Part shown: positions 27,699 to 36,768 of the stretch, in pieces
How positions within the stretch are numbered: the first letter of the stretch is position 1
Layout of the letters: each line of letters starts with the position of its first letter
Made by a program: the position numbers and the translations under genes
Notes under the pieces: generated by a model
Told to the model about the DNA's origin: nothing
Seen by the model: only the letters and a program-made list of their open reading frames with translations
The model's database searches: none
Source: a virus
Lineage: Duplodnaviria; Caudoviricetes
Virus record (IMG/VR): IMGVR_UViG_3300020388_000023
Location: 1-53,859 of that record
Reading direction: 5' to 3' (one strand)
Length of the DNA stretch: 53,859 nucleotides

Positions 27699-28258
27699 TA
27701 GAACTCCTTTTTGGGTAAATAATAAATATTTGAATTATAGTAACTATTAGATGGGGGATTTATAGCTATAGTTTCATATTCAACTTCATTAATATTATGA
27801 ATAGTAGTAGCATTAGGGTTATTATTCCACCATGTTACTTTAGCTCCTGACTTAGCAAGTGAAGCTACATTACTAGCAAACAAACTCCAATCATCTTCAC
27901 CATAGGTATCATAAAAAATTCCATCATAAGTAGATAAAGAATCTTTTACATCATACCAACTACCTGTTATAATAGTTACATTTGATTTACCCGAAGCCCA
28001 TTTCTGAGCTTTTGTTATTACTTGAGGGTGATTTTCAATTATTGTATGAGAATTAATTGAATGAGAATGCATATAACCTGCTGATATACCCATTCCAAAT
28101 CCTATTTCTAATATGTCTCCGCCTCCTTTACAAACATAAGCAGCGGATGCTGACATTAAAGAATCTTCCCAATCCATCATTACTTCAAAAGTTTCATCTC
28201 CATCTGTATAATAGATTTTATCTGATTCAAATATTAATGTTCTATCTAAATATTTCAT
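27698..28258 (-). CDS. Class I SAM-dependent methyltransferase, GAMT/Rmt2-like
   Basis: VMMDWE..LM, ILEIGFGMGISA, HTIIENHP, GSW, YDGIFYDTY. Confidence 0.88.
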   Translation of the reverse strand: MKYLDRTLIFESDKIYYTDGDETFEVMMDWEDSLMSASAAYVCKGGGDILEIGFGMGISAGYMHSHSINSHTIIENHPQVITKAQKWASGKSNVTIITGSWYDVKDSLSTYDGIFYDTYGEDDWSLFASNVASLAKSGAKVTWWNNNPNATTIHNINEVEYETIAINPPSNSYYNSNIYYLPKKEF

Positions 28259-31200
28259 TATGCATTAACTTCTACGAATGTATTATCCGGATTAAACCAT
28301 ATTTGACCTTGTGTTGAGTGGTATATTTTATACCCAATAACTCTTACTATGTTTCCGTTTCCTGAAGGTGCAGTAGCACTACCTGATCCTGCGTTAGTTG
28401 TTAAATATAATGGGTCTCCTATTGCTCCTGCATCATGGCCTAAAGTAACCATACCTCTTAACAATACTCCATTAGTATCAGAAGCTGCTCCTAATGCTAC
28501 TCCTAATAATCCATCTGATTTTGTATTATCATCGGCATCTGCTAATTCCCATGCACCTGATGAATTATAATGATATATTGATCCTGGTACCATTGATGTA
28601 GTGCTACCAAAATAAACTACATCACCTTCACTTGTACCCACAGTGTGATTAGGTGGGTCAAATCTTCGACCTGTTGCTTTTATATCGCCTGCTACTTCTA
28701 ATTCTTGTGATGGGGTTGTTGTTCCTATACCTACATTACCATTTGTATCAATAGTAACACGAGCATTATTTCCTGTTCCAAATTGTATTCCCCTAGATGC
28801 ACCTGAACTTGAAACCGCTATTATTAAATGGTTACTTAAACCTCCTGTAAAAGTTGTTGCATCCGGATATTCATTATCACCACCAGAATGTCCTATTATA
28901 GATCTAATACCACCCCCATCTTGTTCAAATAACATAAATGGGTTATCAGCTTCATCATTATTATCAGAATCGGCTTGAAGTATTAAATTTGCATCTCCAG
29001 CTGTACCTGCAGTAATTTTAACTGTATCTGTTGATATTATAAAATCACCAGTAGAGTTTGTAAGGTTTAAATCTGTTCCATCATGATATAAAGAAGCATC
29101 AAAAGCTGCTTCAGCAACACCTGTCCCTAATCCAAGCTTAGTATTATCATATAATTTTAAATGATTTGCCGATGCATCCCATACTGCTTTTCTATTTGCA
29201 GTAGCCCCAAATAATGTTACATCATATCCTGTATCATTAACACCAACTGTAAATGTTCCATCTAACTGAACATTGCCGTCTATATCTACTGCGTCTAAGT
29301 TTGTTGTTCCATCTACGTCTAAATTACCATCTATATTAGCATTACCTGTTAAATCAAAATTACCACTTGAACTTATATTACCTGAGGCTGTTACAGGGAG
29401 GAGGAATTCATTAGAAAAACTTGTAAAAATAGATGATGTTACTTCACCTCCTCCACCTGCTGTTGAGTTGTTAGCTCTAATTTGAATGGTACCATTTGAT
29501 GCTCTATTTGCAATTGATACTACATCAGGTTCTGGGAAGAAAAGTGCATAACGAGCGGTGTCTCCTGAATCATAATAAACAATACCTCCTTGAGGTGTTT
29601 GTGATGATGAAAATGATAATATCGGTGTACCATTATTTAAAGCTCCATTTATAAATAAATCTGCAGCTGTCATTTCACCTGAGGATGTTATATTAGTAGC
29701 GGAAACTCCTCCATTAAGGTTAACATCTTGATGAAAATTAGTAGCACCATATATATTGTTATTATTAGATGAACTTATAGTTAACCTTGTACCTATAATT
29801 TTTTTAGTATCACCTAATGTAATATCATCTGCAAAATTTGAAGTACTAGCTACGTCTAATGTATTAGCTTTTATTTCACCACTTGCACTTATACCACCTG
29901 ATGCTGTTACGTTACCATAAAATAAATGGTGTGTATCAGAATTAACACCATAAGTAAGTGTTGCTAATGAACTATCATATCCTAATCGAAGAGTTGTACC
30001 TATAGAGTTTGCAGCATTATAACCGTTTATTCCAAGAGTAGTACCATAAATAACACCACTTGAACTTATATTACCTGCTGCGTATATAATACCTGAGGCT
30101 GTTACATTTCCTATAATTGTAGTTGGGTTAGCTGATTTACCTATTAAAATAGGGGTGTTATTTTCATGACCAAATGCAATAGAATCACCAGATCCCATAA
30201 CTGCTACGTGATTTGTCATATATATCTGATCACCTTGAACACGTCCACTTGCACTTATATTACCTGATGCTGTTATGTTATTTACCCCCTTTATATCATG
30301 AGAATTTAATTCAAGATTACCATCAGATTCTACTGTTATTGCTTCTGCTATACTTCCCCCATCAGGTTCAGTAAAGATTGCTAATTCAGTACCATTACTT
30401 CCAATTGGGTTTAATCTCATTAATACTCTTGAGGTATTGTCGTTGACTGTCATTTCAATACCTGGATTGTCACTGGTAGAGGCTCCTTGTAAACTTAATC
30501 TACCCTCAAAACCTGCTCCTTTTACATTAAATGAACGTAAAAATGCAGCTCCTCCAAAACTTGCAGATGATGCGTATAGTTTTGAATTTAAACTTGAGCT
30601 TATATTACCTGAGGCTGTTATATTTGTGTCTACATTAAAAGATGTTCCTCTTAATTTTGTAACTCTATTGTCTTGACCAATGACAAGTTGACTACCATCA
30701 TTATGGATAGCTTCTATGTCAGCTGCTATTAATTTAGTAGTACCACTAAGTATTGCATTAGCACTAAATGTTTTTGCCCCACTAAATGTTTGTGTTCCTG
30801 TTAGGTGAGCAGTATTTGATGATAAATATGCATCTGCAATAACGTTACCATTCCAAGTCCCATCTCCAATAGTACCTACTGTGGTAATATTTGATGTACC
30901 TGCAAATGTTGAAATTGCTGTGTTTTCTACATTAGTTAAATTTGAACCAACAATTGTGCCACTTGAACTTATATTACCTGAGGCTGTTATATGTGTTGAG
31001 ATTGCTGCCCCTAAAGCAATAGTGTCTGTCGTTCCTTCAGATAATACTAAAAGATCAGTTCCACCTGATGAAAAAGTTATAGAATCACTATGACCAAATG
31101 TTATTTTAGTATCAGCATTCCCAAAATGGGAAATTACTTGTGCTACTTCAAAATTATTACATGATATGTCTCCTGTTACTATTAAATCATCACCAATAAG

Positions 31201-32277
31201 TGTATCATCTGTTATAGTTAGACTATTTGCGGTTAAGCTGTTTGCTTTGATTGCTCCACTTGAACTTATATCACTTGAGGCTGTTAAACGGCCTACTAAA
31301 GTATCTAAACCTTGTAATAATACAGGCACACCTTCTACTGTTATTGCCCCCGCAGCTGATCTAGCTATAGTAGTATCATTTTGGTCTCCTAATTCTATAT
31401 TACCTAATATGTCAGCGTCTCCTGACGTTGTTAATGTACTAAATATAGCTGTATCTACTGCTAAAAGGGGTGCTCTTAAAGTACTTCCACTTATTGTTCC
31501 ATCTGAATTTATATTACCTGAGGCTATTATATGTCCTAAATCATTAAATGTACCTATATTTCCTATTATAGCTCCACTCGAACTTATATTACCTGAGGCT
31601 GTTATAGCACCTGTAAGATTTATACCTAAAGTATTTAAATTCATTACTTCTGCATTATCTGCATCAAAATGAATTTCATTAGCTGTTTCAAAATCTATAG
31701 CTGTTTGAGTATCTTCTCCTATTTTTAAATCTTCTTTAAAAATATTAGTTATTTCTGTTTGTGGACCTGCTAGTAAAACTACTTTATTTTCTACTGTTAT
31801 TTGTCCTGCTGCTGATCTAGCTATTGTTGTATCCCCTATACTTGCATGGCCTAATTCTATTTTATCTATTAGTAAATTAGTTCCTGTTATATTCCCATTT
31901 GTTTTTATAAGACCTATTGTAGTAATTGCCCCACTTGCACTTATATTACCTGAGGCTGTTACATTATTAGTAATTACATTTCCACTTGCACTTATATTAC
32001 CTGAGGATGTTATGTGACCTGTAAATGTATGGGTGTCGTCTGCTGTGTCTCCAAATTCAGTTGAACCTGAACTAAATGAAGTTGTAACATATAAGACTGA
32101 AGATGAAACTATATATTTTTCTGCTGTGATTTCTCCAAAAGAAAAATCATTTACACTAGTTGAACCTGAACCAAAATATAACCTTCTATTGTCAAGATTG
32201 ATTGCTAATTCTCCATCAGCTAATCCTGATGGTACTGCTGATCCTGTTCCTCTTTTTATTTGTATTGTACTTGCCAT
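28258..32277 (-). CDS. Long tail fibre / appendage protein with TASGNISxSG repeats
   Basis: N-terminal IQIKRG...L.DGELAIN...RLYFG fibre-anchor motif, about 12 TASGNISSSG repeats, GNVGIGTTTP. Confidence 0.75.
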   Translation of the reverse strand: MASTIQIKRGTGSAVPSGLADGELAINLDNRRLYFGSGSTSVNDFSFGEITAEKYIVSSSVLYVTTSFSSGSTEFGDTADDTHTFTGHITSSGNISASGNVITNNVTASGNISASGAITTIGLIKTNGNITGTNLLIDKIELGHASIGDTTIARSAAGQITVENKVVLLAGPQTEITNIFKEDLKIGEDTQTAIDFETANEIHFDADNAEVMNLNTLGINLTGAITASGNISSSGAIIGNIGTFNDLGHIIASGNINSDGTISGSTLRAPLLAVDTAIFSTLTTSGDADILGNIELGDQNDTTIARSAAGAITVEGVPVLLQGLDTLVGRLTASSDISSSGAIKANSLTANSLTITDDTLIGDDLIVTGDISCNNFEVAQVISHFGNADTKITFGHSDSITFSSGGTDLLVLSEGTTDTIALGAAISTHITASGNISSSGTIVGSNLTNVENTAISTFAGTSNITTVGTIGDGTWNGNVIADAYLSSNTAHLTGTQTFSGAKTFSANAILSGTTKLIAADIEAIHNDGSQLVIGQDNRVTKLRGTSFNVDTNITASGNISSSLNSKLYASSASFGGAAFLRSFNVKGAGFEGRLSLQGASTSDNPGIEMTVNDNTSRVLMRLNPIGSNGTELAIFTEPDGGSIAEAITVESDGNLELNSHDIKGVNNITASGNISASGRVQGDQIYMTNHVAVMGSGDSIAFGHENNTPILIGKSANPTTIIGNVTASGIIYAAGNISSSGVIYGTTLGINGYNAANSIGTTLRLGYDSSLATLTYGVNSDTHHLFYGNVTASGGISASGEIKANTLDVASTSNFADDITLGDTKKIIGTRLTISSSNNNNIYGATNFHQDVNLNGGVSATNITSSGEMTAADLFINGALNNGTPILSFSSSQTPQGGIVYYDSGDTARYALFFPEPDVVSIANRASNGTIQIRANNSTAGGGGEVTSSIFTSFSNEFLLPVTASGNISSSGNFDLTGNANIDGNLDVDGTTNLDAVDIDGNVQLDGTFTVGVNDTGYDVTLFGATANRKAVWDASANHLKLYDNTKLGLGTGVAEAAFDASLYHDGTDLNLTNSTGDFIISTDTVKITAGTAGDANLILQADSDNNDEADNPFMLFEQDGGGIRSIIGHSGGDNEYPDATTFTGGLSNHLIIAVSSSGASRGIQFGTGNNARVTIDTNGNVGIGTTTPSQELEVAGDIKATGRRFDPPNHTVGTSEGDVVYFGSTTSMVPGSIYHYNSSGAWELADADDNTKSDGLLGVALGAASDTNGVLLRGMVTLGHDAGAIGDPLYLTTNAGSGSATAPSGNGNIVRVIGYKIYHSTQGQIWFNPDNTFVEVNA
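29363..32012. repeat. Dispersed ~31-bp direct repeats inside the fibre gene
   Basis: ccacttg(a/c)acttatattacctgaggctgtta near 29363, 29879, 30245, 30590, 30959, 31574, 31931 and 31982; the copies at 29363 and 30959 are identical. Confidence 0.85.
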
Positions 32278-32289
32278 ATATTATAAATA

Positions 32290-32811
32290 TTAGAAGGTTC
32301 CACCATCTAAAGTTGCTTCGTTTATATTACCTTTAAGTTGTATGTCAGTGTTACCATCACCAATTCGAGCATAATTATTACTTCCACTTAAATTAAAATC
32401 ATGAAAAAGTGTACCACTAATAAATGTGCCTATTCTACCTGTTGTTGTGTATTTACTGTAAGTGCTGTTATCATCAGGGTGCATTATAGCTTCAGGACGA
32501 ACTATATTGGATTTGCCTGTGTCTCCTTCTCCTAAATCTTTAGTAACTGTGTTGATTGTTTTTCCTTCTTTTAAATCATCTAAGTCATTTTTGTTAAAAG
32601 AAGTCCCACCAATAAAAATTGTATTTGCATCAAATTCACCTGTAGAGGCTGAGATTGTAGTACATAAAACTCTACCAAATGAACCTGTACCAGGAACTGT
32701 TAGTTCATCTACTAAAGAACCAGTACCATCCCTAAGAGTACCATTATCAGTTTGTAATACTCGTTGGTAAGTGTCTTGTATATTTTGACCTGTTAAATCT
32801 GGAAGAGCCAT
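32290..32811 (-). CDS. Hypothetical virion-associated protein
   Basis: 173 aa (DLTGQNIQDTYQRVLQ...DGTGS), C-terminal LDGGTF. Confidence 0.6.
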   Translation of the reverse strand: MALPDLTGQNIQDTYQRVLQTDNGTLRDGTGSLVDELTVPGTGSFGRVLCTTISASTGEFDANTIFIGGTSFNKNDLDDLKEGKTINTVTKDLGEGDTGKSNIVRPEAIMHPDDNSTYSKYTTTGRIGTFISGTLFHDFNLSGSNNYARIGDGNTDIQLKGNINEATLDGGTF

Positions 32812-32823
32812 TTAAAACCATTT

Positions 32824-33378
32824 TTATTTTTTGTTTTGTAATACTTTTAAAACACCATTAATAACTTTTTCAGTGTCATTAACTGTGTTTTCTTTAAGAT
32901 AAGTAGCAACTATATTATTTAATTCGTTTCGTTTGTAAAATATATTATCTATATTAATGTCTTCTTTTATAAGAAGTTTAAATAAGTTAACCACATGTTT
33001 CTTTTCAGATTTTGTAACTTGTTGTAGTTTTATTGTCGCTTTAGCTTCTAAAATTGGTTTTTGGGTTGTTTGGGTTTTTACCTCTACTGTAACTTTTCTG
33101 CTTGTTTCAACTTCAAAGTCACTTTGCCAAGGGGTAAAGAATGTGTCTTCGGCAATCACCTCTAAACGAATGTTACCACTAGTATCTTCATCTATAAGGC
33201 CTTTAAGTTTTCTAATTGGTATTTCGCATTTACCATTAGAATTAATAGAACCATTAAAAAGTAAAGAATAATCTTGAGTTTCGACTACTAATCTTGCTTT
33301 TGATTTTTTTAAACTTGCACCTTGAAGTGAAATATTACACTCAAATAGTTCCGTTTTGTCTGTAAATAATTTATACAT
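32824..33378 (-). CDS. Hypothetical protein
   Basis: 184 aa, preceded by ATATTTAT at 33393-33400. Confidence 0.65.
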   Translation of the reverse strand: MYKLFTDKTELFECNISLQGASLKKSKARLVVETQDYSLLFNGSINSNGKCEIPIRKLKGLIDEDTSGNIRLEVIAEDTFFTPWQSDFEVETSRKVTVEVKTQTTQKPILEAKATIKLQQVTKSEKKHVVNLFKLLIKEDINIDNIFYKRNELNNIVATYLKENTVNDTEKVINGVLKVLQNKK

Positions 33379-33399
33379 TCTTGTATTTTGTAATAAATA

Positions 33400-33711
33400 T
33401 TAAAAGGATACGTTTTCGGTTGTTAGTTCTACACCACTTACTTCTTTAACTACTAATCTTACATCATTAGCTTTAATTTTATATTGCTTAATTTGTTTAG
33501 TTTTAGATTCTGTAAGGGTTTCTCCTTTAACTTTAAGAATAAGTTTAATAAGTTGTTTCTTTTTTTCGGGTTTCATCCAAGACATATCGTCTTCAATAAT
33601 ACCCCCTCTTTGTTGGACGGTTTCAACTATTTCTTCAACTAATTGAACTTCATTCCATGTAAATGAGTTTGAGTTCCAAGTAAAATTAGCATTATTCCAA
33701 GTAATATTCAT
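33400..33711 (-). CDS. Hypothetical protein with N-terminal TWN heptad repeats
   Basis: ITWNNANFTWNSNSFTWNE. Confidence 0.65.
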   Translation of the reverse strand: MNITWNNANFTWNSNSFTWNEVQLVEEIVETVQQRGGIIEDDMSWMKPEKKKQLIKLILKVKGETLTESKTKQIKQYKIKANDVRLVVKEVSGVELTTENVSF

Positions 33712-33717
33712 AACTTA

Positions 33718-34653
33718 TTATTGTATGTTTAAAGGACCTTGTTCATCTCTTACTTCATCTCTTGTTTTAGAAATTCCTGTAGATTTTGTAGTTAATTCAT
33801 CTTTAAACATAACACTAGATTTACTAAAGAATTTAGAGGGTTTTTGTGTTAATTCTTTATTAATACTATTTGGTACTAAGTATCCTTGAAGTTTTAAACC
33901 AAAGTCAGTTTTTACAATTCTATTATCACCTACATTTAATTCTGTAGTATTACTAAATGTGTCTATAGAAGCATTAAATTTAAAACGATCTTTATCACCC
34001 CAATATGAATCTGAAGAATAATTTATTGATTCTATTAATTTATTCATTTGAGAAATATAATCACACCATATAGTACAAGTATAAGTTATATTTACAAAGT
34101 CAGGAACTACAACAGCATGGAATTGTTTTTGGGGTATTTTACCCTGTAATGCTGAGAAATTATCATATTGATTTCTTTTAGTATAACGTTCTTGAAATGT
34201 ATAATATAATTGAGGGTTATTCCCATCCATCTTATTTCCAAGATCTCTTCGTTTTTCAATAGAATTTCTTTTAAACATAATAAGAGGAACTTGTAATTTT
34301 CCTTCTTTATCTCTAAAATATCCATCTTTTTGAATTGATTTCCATCTTTCTGGAGCCCCATACATTATAGGAACATCTATTCTATCTCCATTTGATATAA
34401 CTGTGGGTTTTATTACTTTTTTAAAATAATGAATTATAGCTTCATCATGGTCTTGTAAACCAATTGAAATATCTTTAACAGTATCATCTTTTCGAGTAGT
34501 TATTGTACCTCTATTAATGTTAGCTCTATTGTCAGGTGCAGGAAATTCTTCAACAGGGAAACCATCAGTAAAACCTGATTCTAGGTTTTGTCTTAATTTA
34601 TCATACCCACTTGAGGGGGTGGGTCTTCTTGGATTTGTTTTTTTGTCTGACAT
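33718..34653 (-). CDS. Tail terminator / sheath stabiliser (T4 gp15-like)
   Basis: VPIMYGAPERW, PLIMFKR, PDFVNITY...QMNKLIE.I, L.GYL.P; third gene of the neck block. Confidence 0.65.
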   Translation of the reverse strand: MSDKKTNPRRPTPSSGYDKLRQNLESGFTDGFPVEEFPAPDNRANINRGTITTRKDDTVKDISIGLQDHDEAIIHYFKKVIKPTVISNGDRIDVPIMYGAPERWKSIQKDGYFRDKEGKLQVPLIMFKRNSIEKRRDLGNKMDGNNPQLYYTFQERYTKRNQYDNFSALQGKIPQKQFHAVVVPDFVNITYTCTIWCDYISQMNKLIESINYSSDSYWGDKDRFKFNASIDTFSNTTELNVGDNRIVKTDFGLKLQGYLVPNSINKELTQKPSKFFSKSSVMFKDELTTKSTGISKTRDEVRDEQGPLNIQ

Positions 34654-35198
34654 TATTCGAGTTTATTTACTGTTCCTCCATCTACTTTTGTAGTTGTAGG
34701 ATATTTTCCACCTCTAAGTGGAATTAAGTTTAATTTTTCTACTCTTGAAATATGTGTGTTTATTATCATAGAAAAACTTCCTCCAAAACCTGATGTTTCT
34801 TTTGATAAAGCATAATCTGGGTCTCTTCCCATAAAAAGTTGATTTTCAATCCTACTGTCAACTTCGTAAAAATTATTACGAAAAAGGATTAAATCACCAA
34901 CTTCAGGTAATAAATTTATGTCAACTAATTCTTGTTTTAAAAACGTAAAACCAATGGTTTGATTGACGTCAGGACCAAAGTCGTCAGACGACCACGATTG
35001 GTCTTGTCTGTTAATTAAACTCGCTATTTTCAACGGTTCATAATAATTTTTACCGGGTGCTTCACCATAAACATTTACGTTAGTTTGTTCTAAAGCAAAT
35101 TTATAATATGCGACTTCTGTTTGAATGATGTCGTTTACTATTTCTTTGCTTATACTTTTAAATAATGATATGTCTCTTGATCCTCCAAATAAAGCCAT
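34653..35198 (-). CDS. Neck / head-closure protein (T4 gp14-like)
   Basis: NVYGE, FG, PEVGDLILF...YEV. Confidence 0.65.
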   Translation of the reverse strand: MALFGGSRDISLFKSISKEIVNDIIQTEVAYYKFALEQTNVNVYGEAPGKNYYEPLKIASLINRQDQSWSSDDFGPDVNQTIGFTFLKQELVDINLLPEVGDLILFRNNFYEVDSRIENQLFMGRDPDYALSKETSGFGGSFSMIINTHISRVEKLNLIPLRGGKYPTTTKVDGGTVNKLE

Positions 35199-35539
35199 TA
35201 TTTACGTTTTATAGTGTCAATTTTATATTTAAAGCTTTTTACACCTGGTACTCTTAAGTCTGTTGATCCTCCGTTTGAAGTTAAAATATCATCTTTAATT
35301 TGTAGTAAATTTTGTTTTGCATCTAATCTTGTTACAAATTTAATTATAACTAAAGTATATTCAATACCTTCTCTCTGTGGATATTCTGGAGGGGTTATAT
35401 TACGAACAGTTGTTATACTTTTAACAGCTCGAATTGAATCTAAAATGTCTGTAATTGATTCTTTTCTGTCTGATAAAATTTCAGCTTGAACCTCAAATGT
35501 ATTTAACATTTCAGATAATATGTTTGTTAATTTAATCAT
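35198..35539 (-). CDS. Hypothetical protein with an N-terminal MIKLxxILxE motif
   Basis: 113 aa, TAATG-coupled on both sides. Confidence 0.65.
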   Translation of the reverse strand: MIKLTNILSEMLNTFEVQAEILSDRKESITDILDSIRAVKSITTVRNITPPEYPQREGIEYTLVIIKFVTRLDAKQNLLQIKDDILTSNGGSTDLRVPGVKSFKYKIDTIKRK

Positions 35540-36687
35540 TATCCTATATAAATTGGGTATGGAACTTTATAAAAAGTTTCTTGAGTTAATTGAGCTTCTT
35601 GGTTTTGCCTTTCAAGTTGTTTAACCCTAGTTGTTTCTTCTAAGAATGTTTTTAATTCTTCAATTAAAGCTGTTTTTTCTGATGCTGCTTCACTTAATAA
35701 TCTAGCAAAATCTAATACTGTTGTGTCACCCGGGATAGGGACCGACTGATATTTACCTCTTACACTTCCTAACATTTCTTTAGCTAATGCTAATGCATAT
35801 CTACGAATCCATTGTCTCCCAGGTTCATTAATAAGTTTATATGTTGGATTAGTATAAGGTACATTTGACATATTTGTTATACCACCTGTTGTATCCTTAA
35901 CTGGGTTATTTGCTACTGATTTTAAAACATACTCATAATGTAAAGTATAGTTTTTTTCAGGTATAGGGAATAATTTTAAATATCTATTGTTTTCTACATC
36001 AAAATGGTATGCTGATTTTCTAATAGCATCATTTAATTCAATTGCTTGTAATTTTAAAACATCAAAATACATAGGCATTAACATAAAGTTAACACCTGGT
36101 GAATAATTACCAAACCCAAATGATTGCATTAATGATTGAATTCCTGTACCTGTACCTGCGTATGGGTCAAAATATCTATTAATTGCGGAAGGAGCATAAT
36201 GGTAAACTCGTTTTAGATAAACTGCTTCTGAGCCACTTAATGAAGATGATGTGGATGTTAATAAATCATAATTTTGTTGTCCCGCTATTACATTTAATGT
36301 ACCCTTTTCTAATTTATAATTCCCTCCTGCTCCATCCGTTTCACTACCATATTGTTCTGCAATATTGATTGTGTTACCTAAATTAGGAGCAATTATATTA
36401 TCATTTAATTTTGATCCTGTAGATGTTCCCTCTAAAGTATGGAAGCTGTTTATTATTTGAAAATGGTAAAGTTGTGAACCATACTCATTAATTGCTTCTT
36501 CAAAGCAAGTAAATAGATTTACTGCTTGTAATTCAATGTCTACTAATGGATAACCCATACGTCTTACACACCAATCTGCAACTTTATCTGCGTCAGATTG
36601 GAATTGAGTGTCTGTGTCATAAAAACCAAAAGGTGTGTCTCCTGGAAAAAATGATGATGAGCCGGGCCATATAGGAATGTTTGCCAT
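35539..36687 (-). CDS. Neck / head-tail adaptor protein (T4 gp13-like)
   Basis: RMGYPLVDIEL...EEA..Y, WIRRYALALAKEMLG.VRGKY...PG, C-terminal PIYIG. Confidence 0.8.
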   Translation of the reverse strand: MANIPIWPGSSSFFPGDTPFGFYDTDTQFQSDADKVADWCVRRMGYPLVDIELQAVNLFTCFEEAINEYGSQLYHFQIINSFHTLEGTSTGSKLNDNIIAPNLGNTINIAEQYGSETDGAGGNYKLEKGTLNVIAGQQNYDLLTSTSSSLSGSEAVYLKRVYHYAPSAINRYFDPYAGTGTGIQSLMQSFGFGNYSPGVNFMLMPMYFDVLKLQAIELNDAIRKSAYHFDVENNRYLKLFPIPEKNYTLHYEYVLKSVANNPVKDTTGGITNMSNVPYTNPTYKLINEPGRQWIRRYALALAKEMLGSVRGKYQSVPIPGDTTVLDFARLLSEAASEKTALIEELKTFLEETTRVKQLERQNQEAQLTQETFYKVPYPIYIG

Positions 36688-36768
36688 AATTTAGTTGGTT
36701 TGTTCCTATATAAATATAAATAAAATTTGGATTACTGTGAAAAATTATAAATTAATGGTAATTTTGAT

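Noticed and set aside
29363-32012. 31-bp repeats as a possible CRISPR array or DGR template/variable repeat
   Set aside because: They are in-frame coding repeats with irregular spacing (tens to hundreds of bp); no cas or reverse-transcriptase gene and no adenine-specific mismatch pattern
34107-34361. Alternative-frame minus-strand ORF inside the gp15-like gene (likewise 37842-38036)
   Set aside because: Nested in a conserved gene, with no motif, initiation context or slippery site seen
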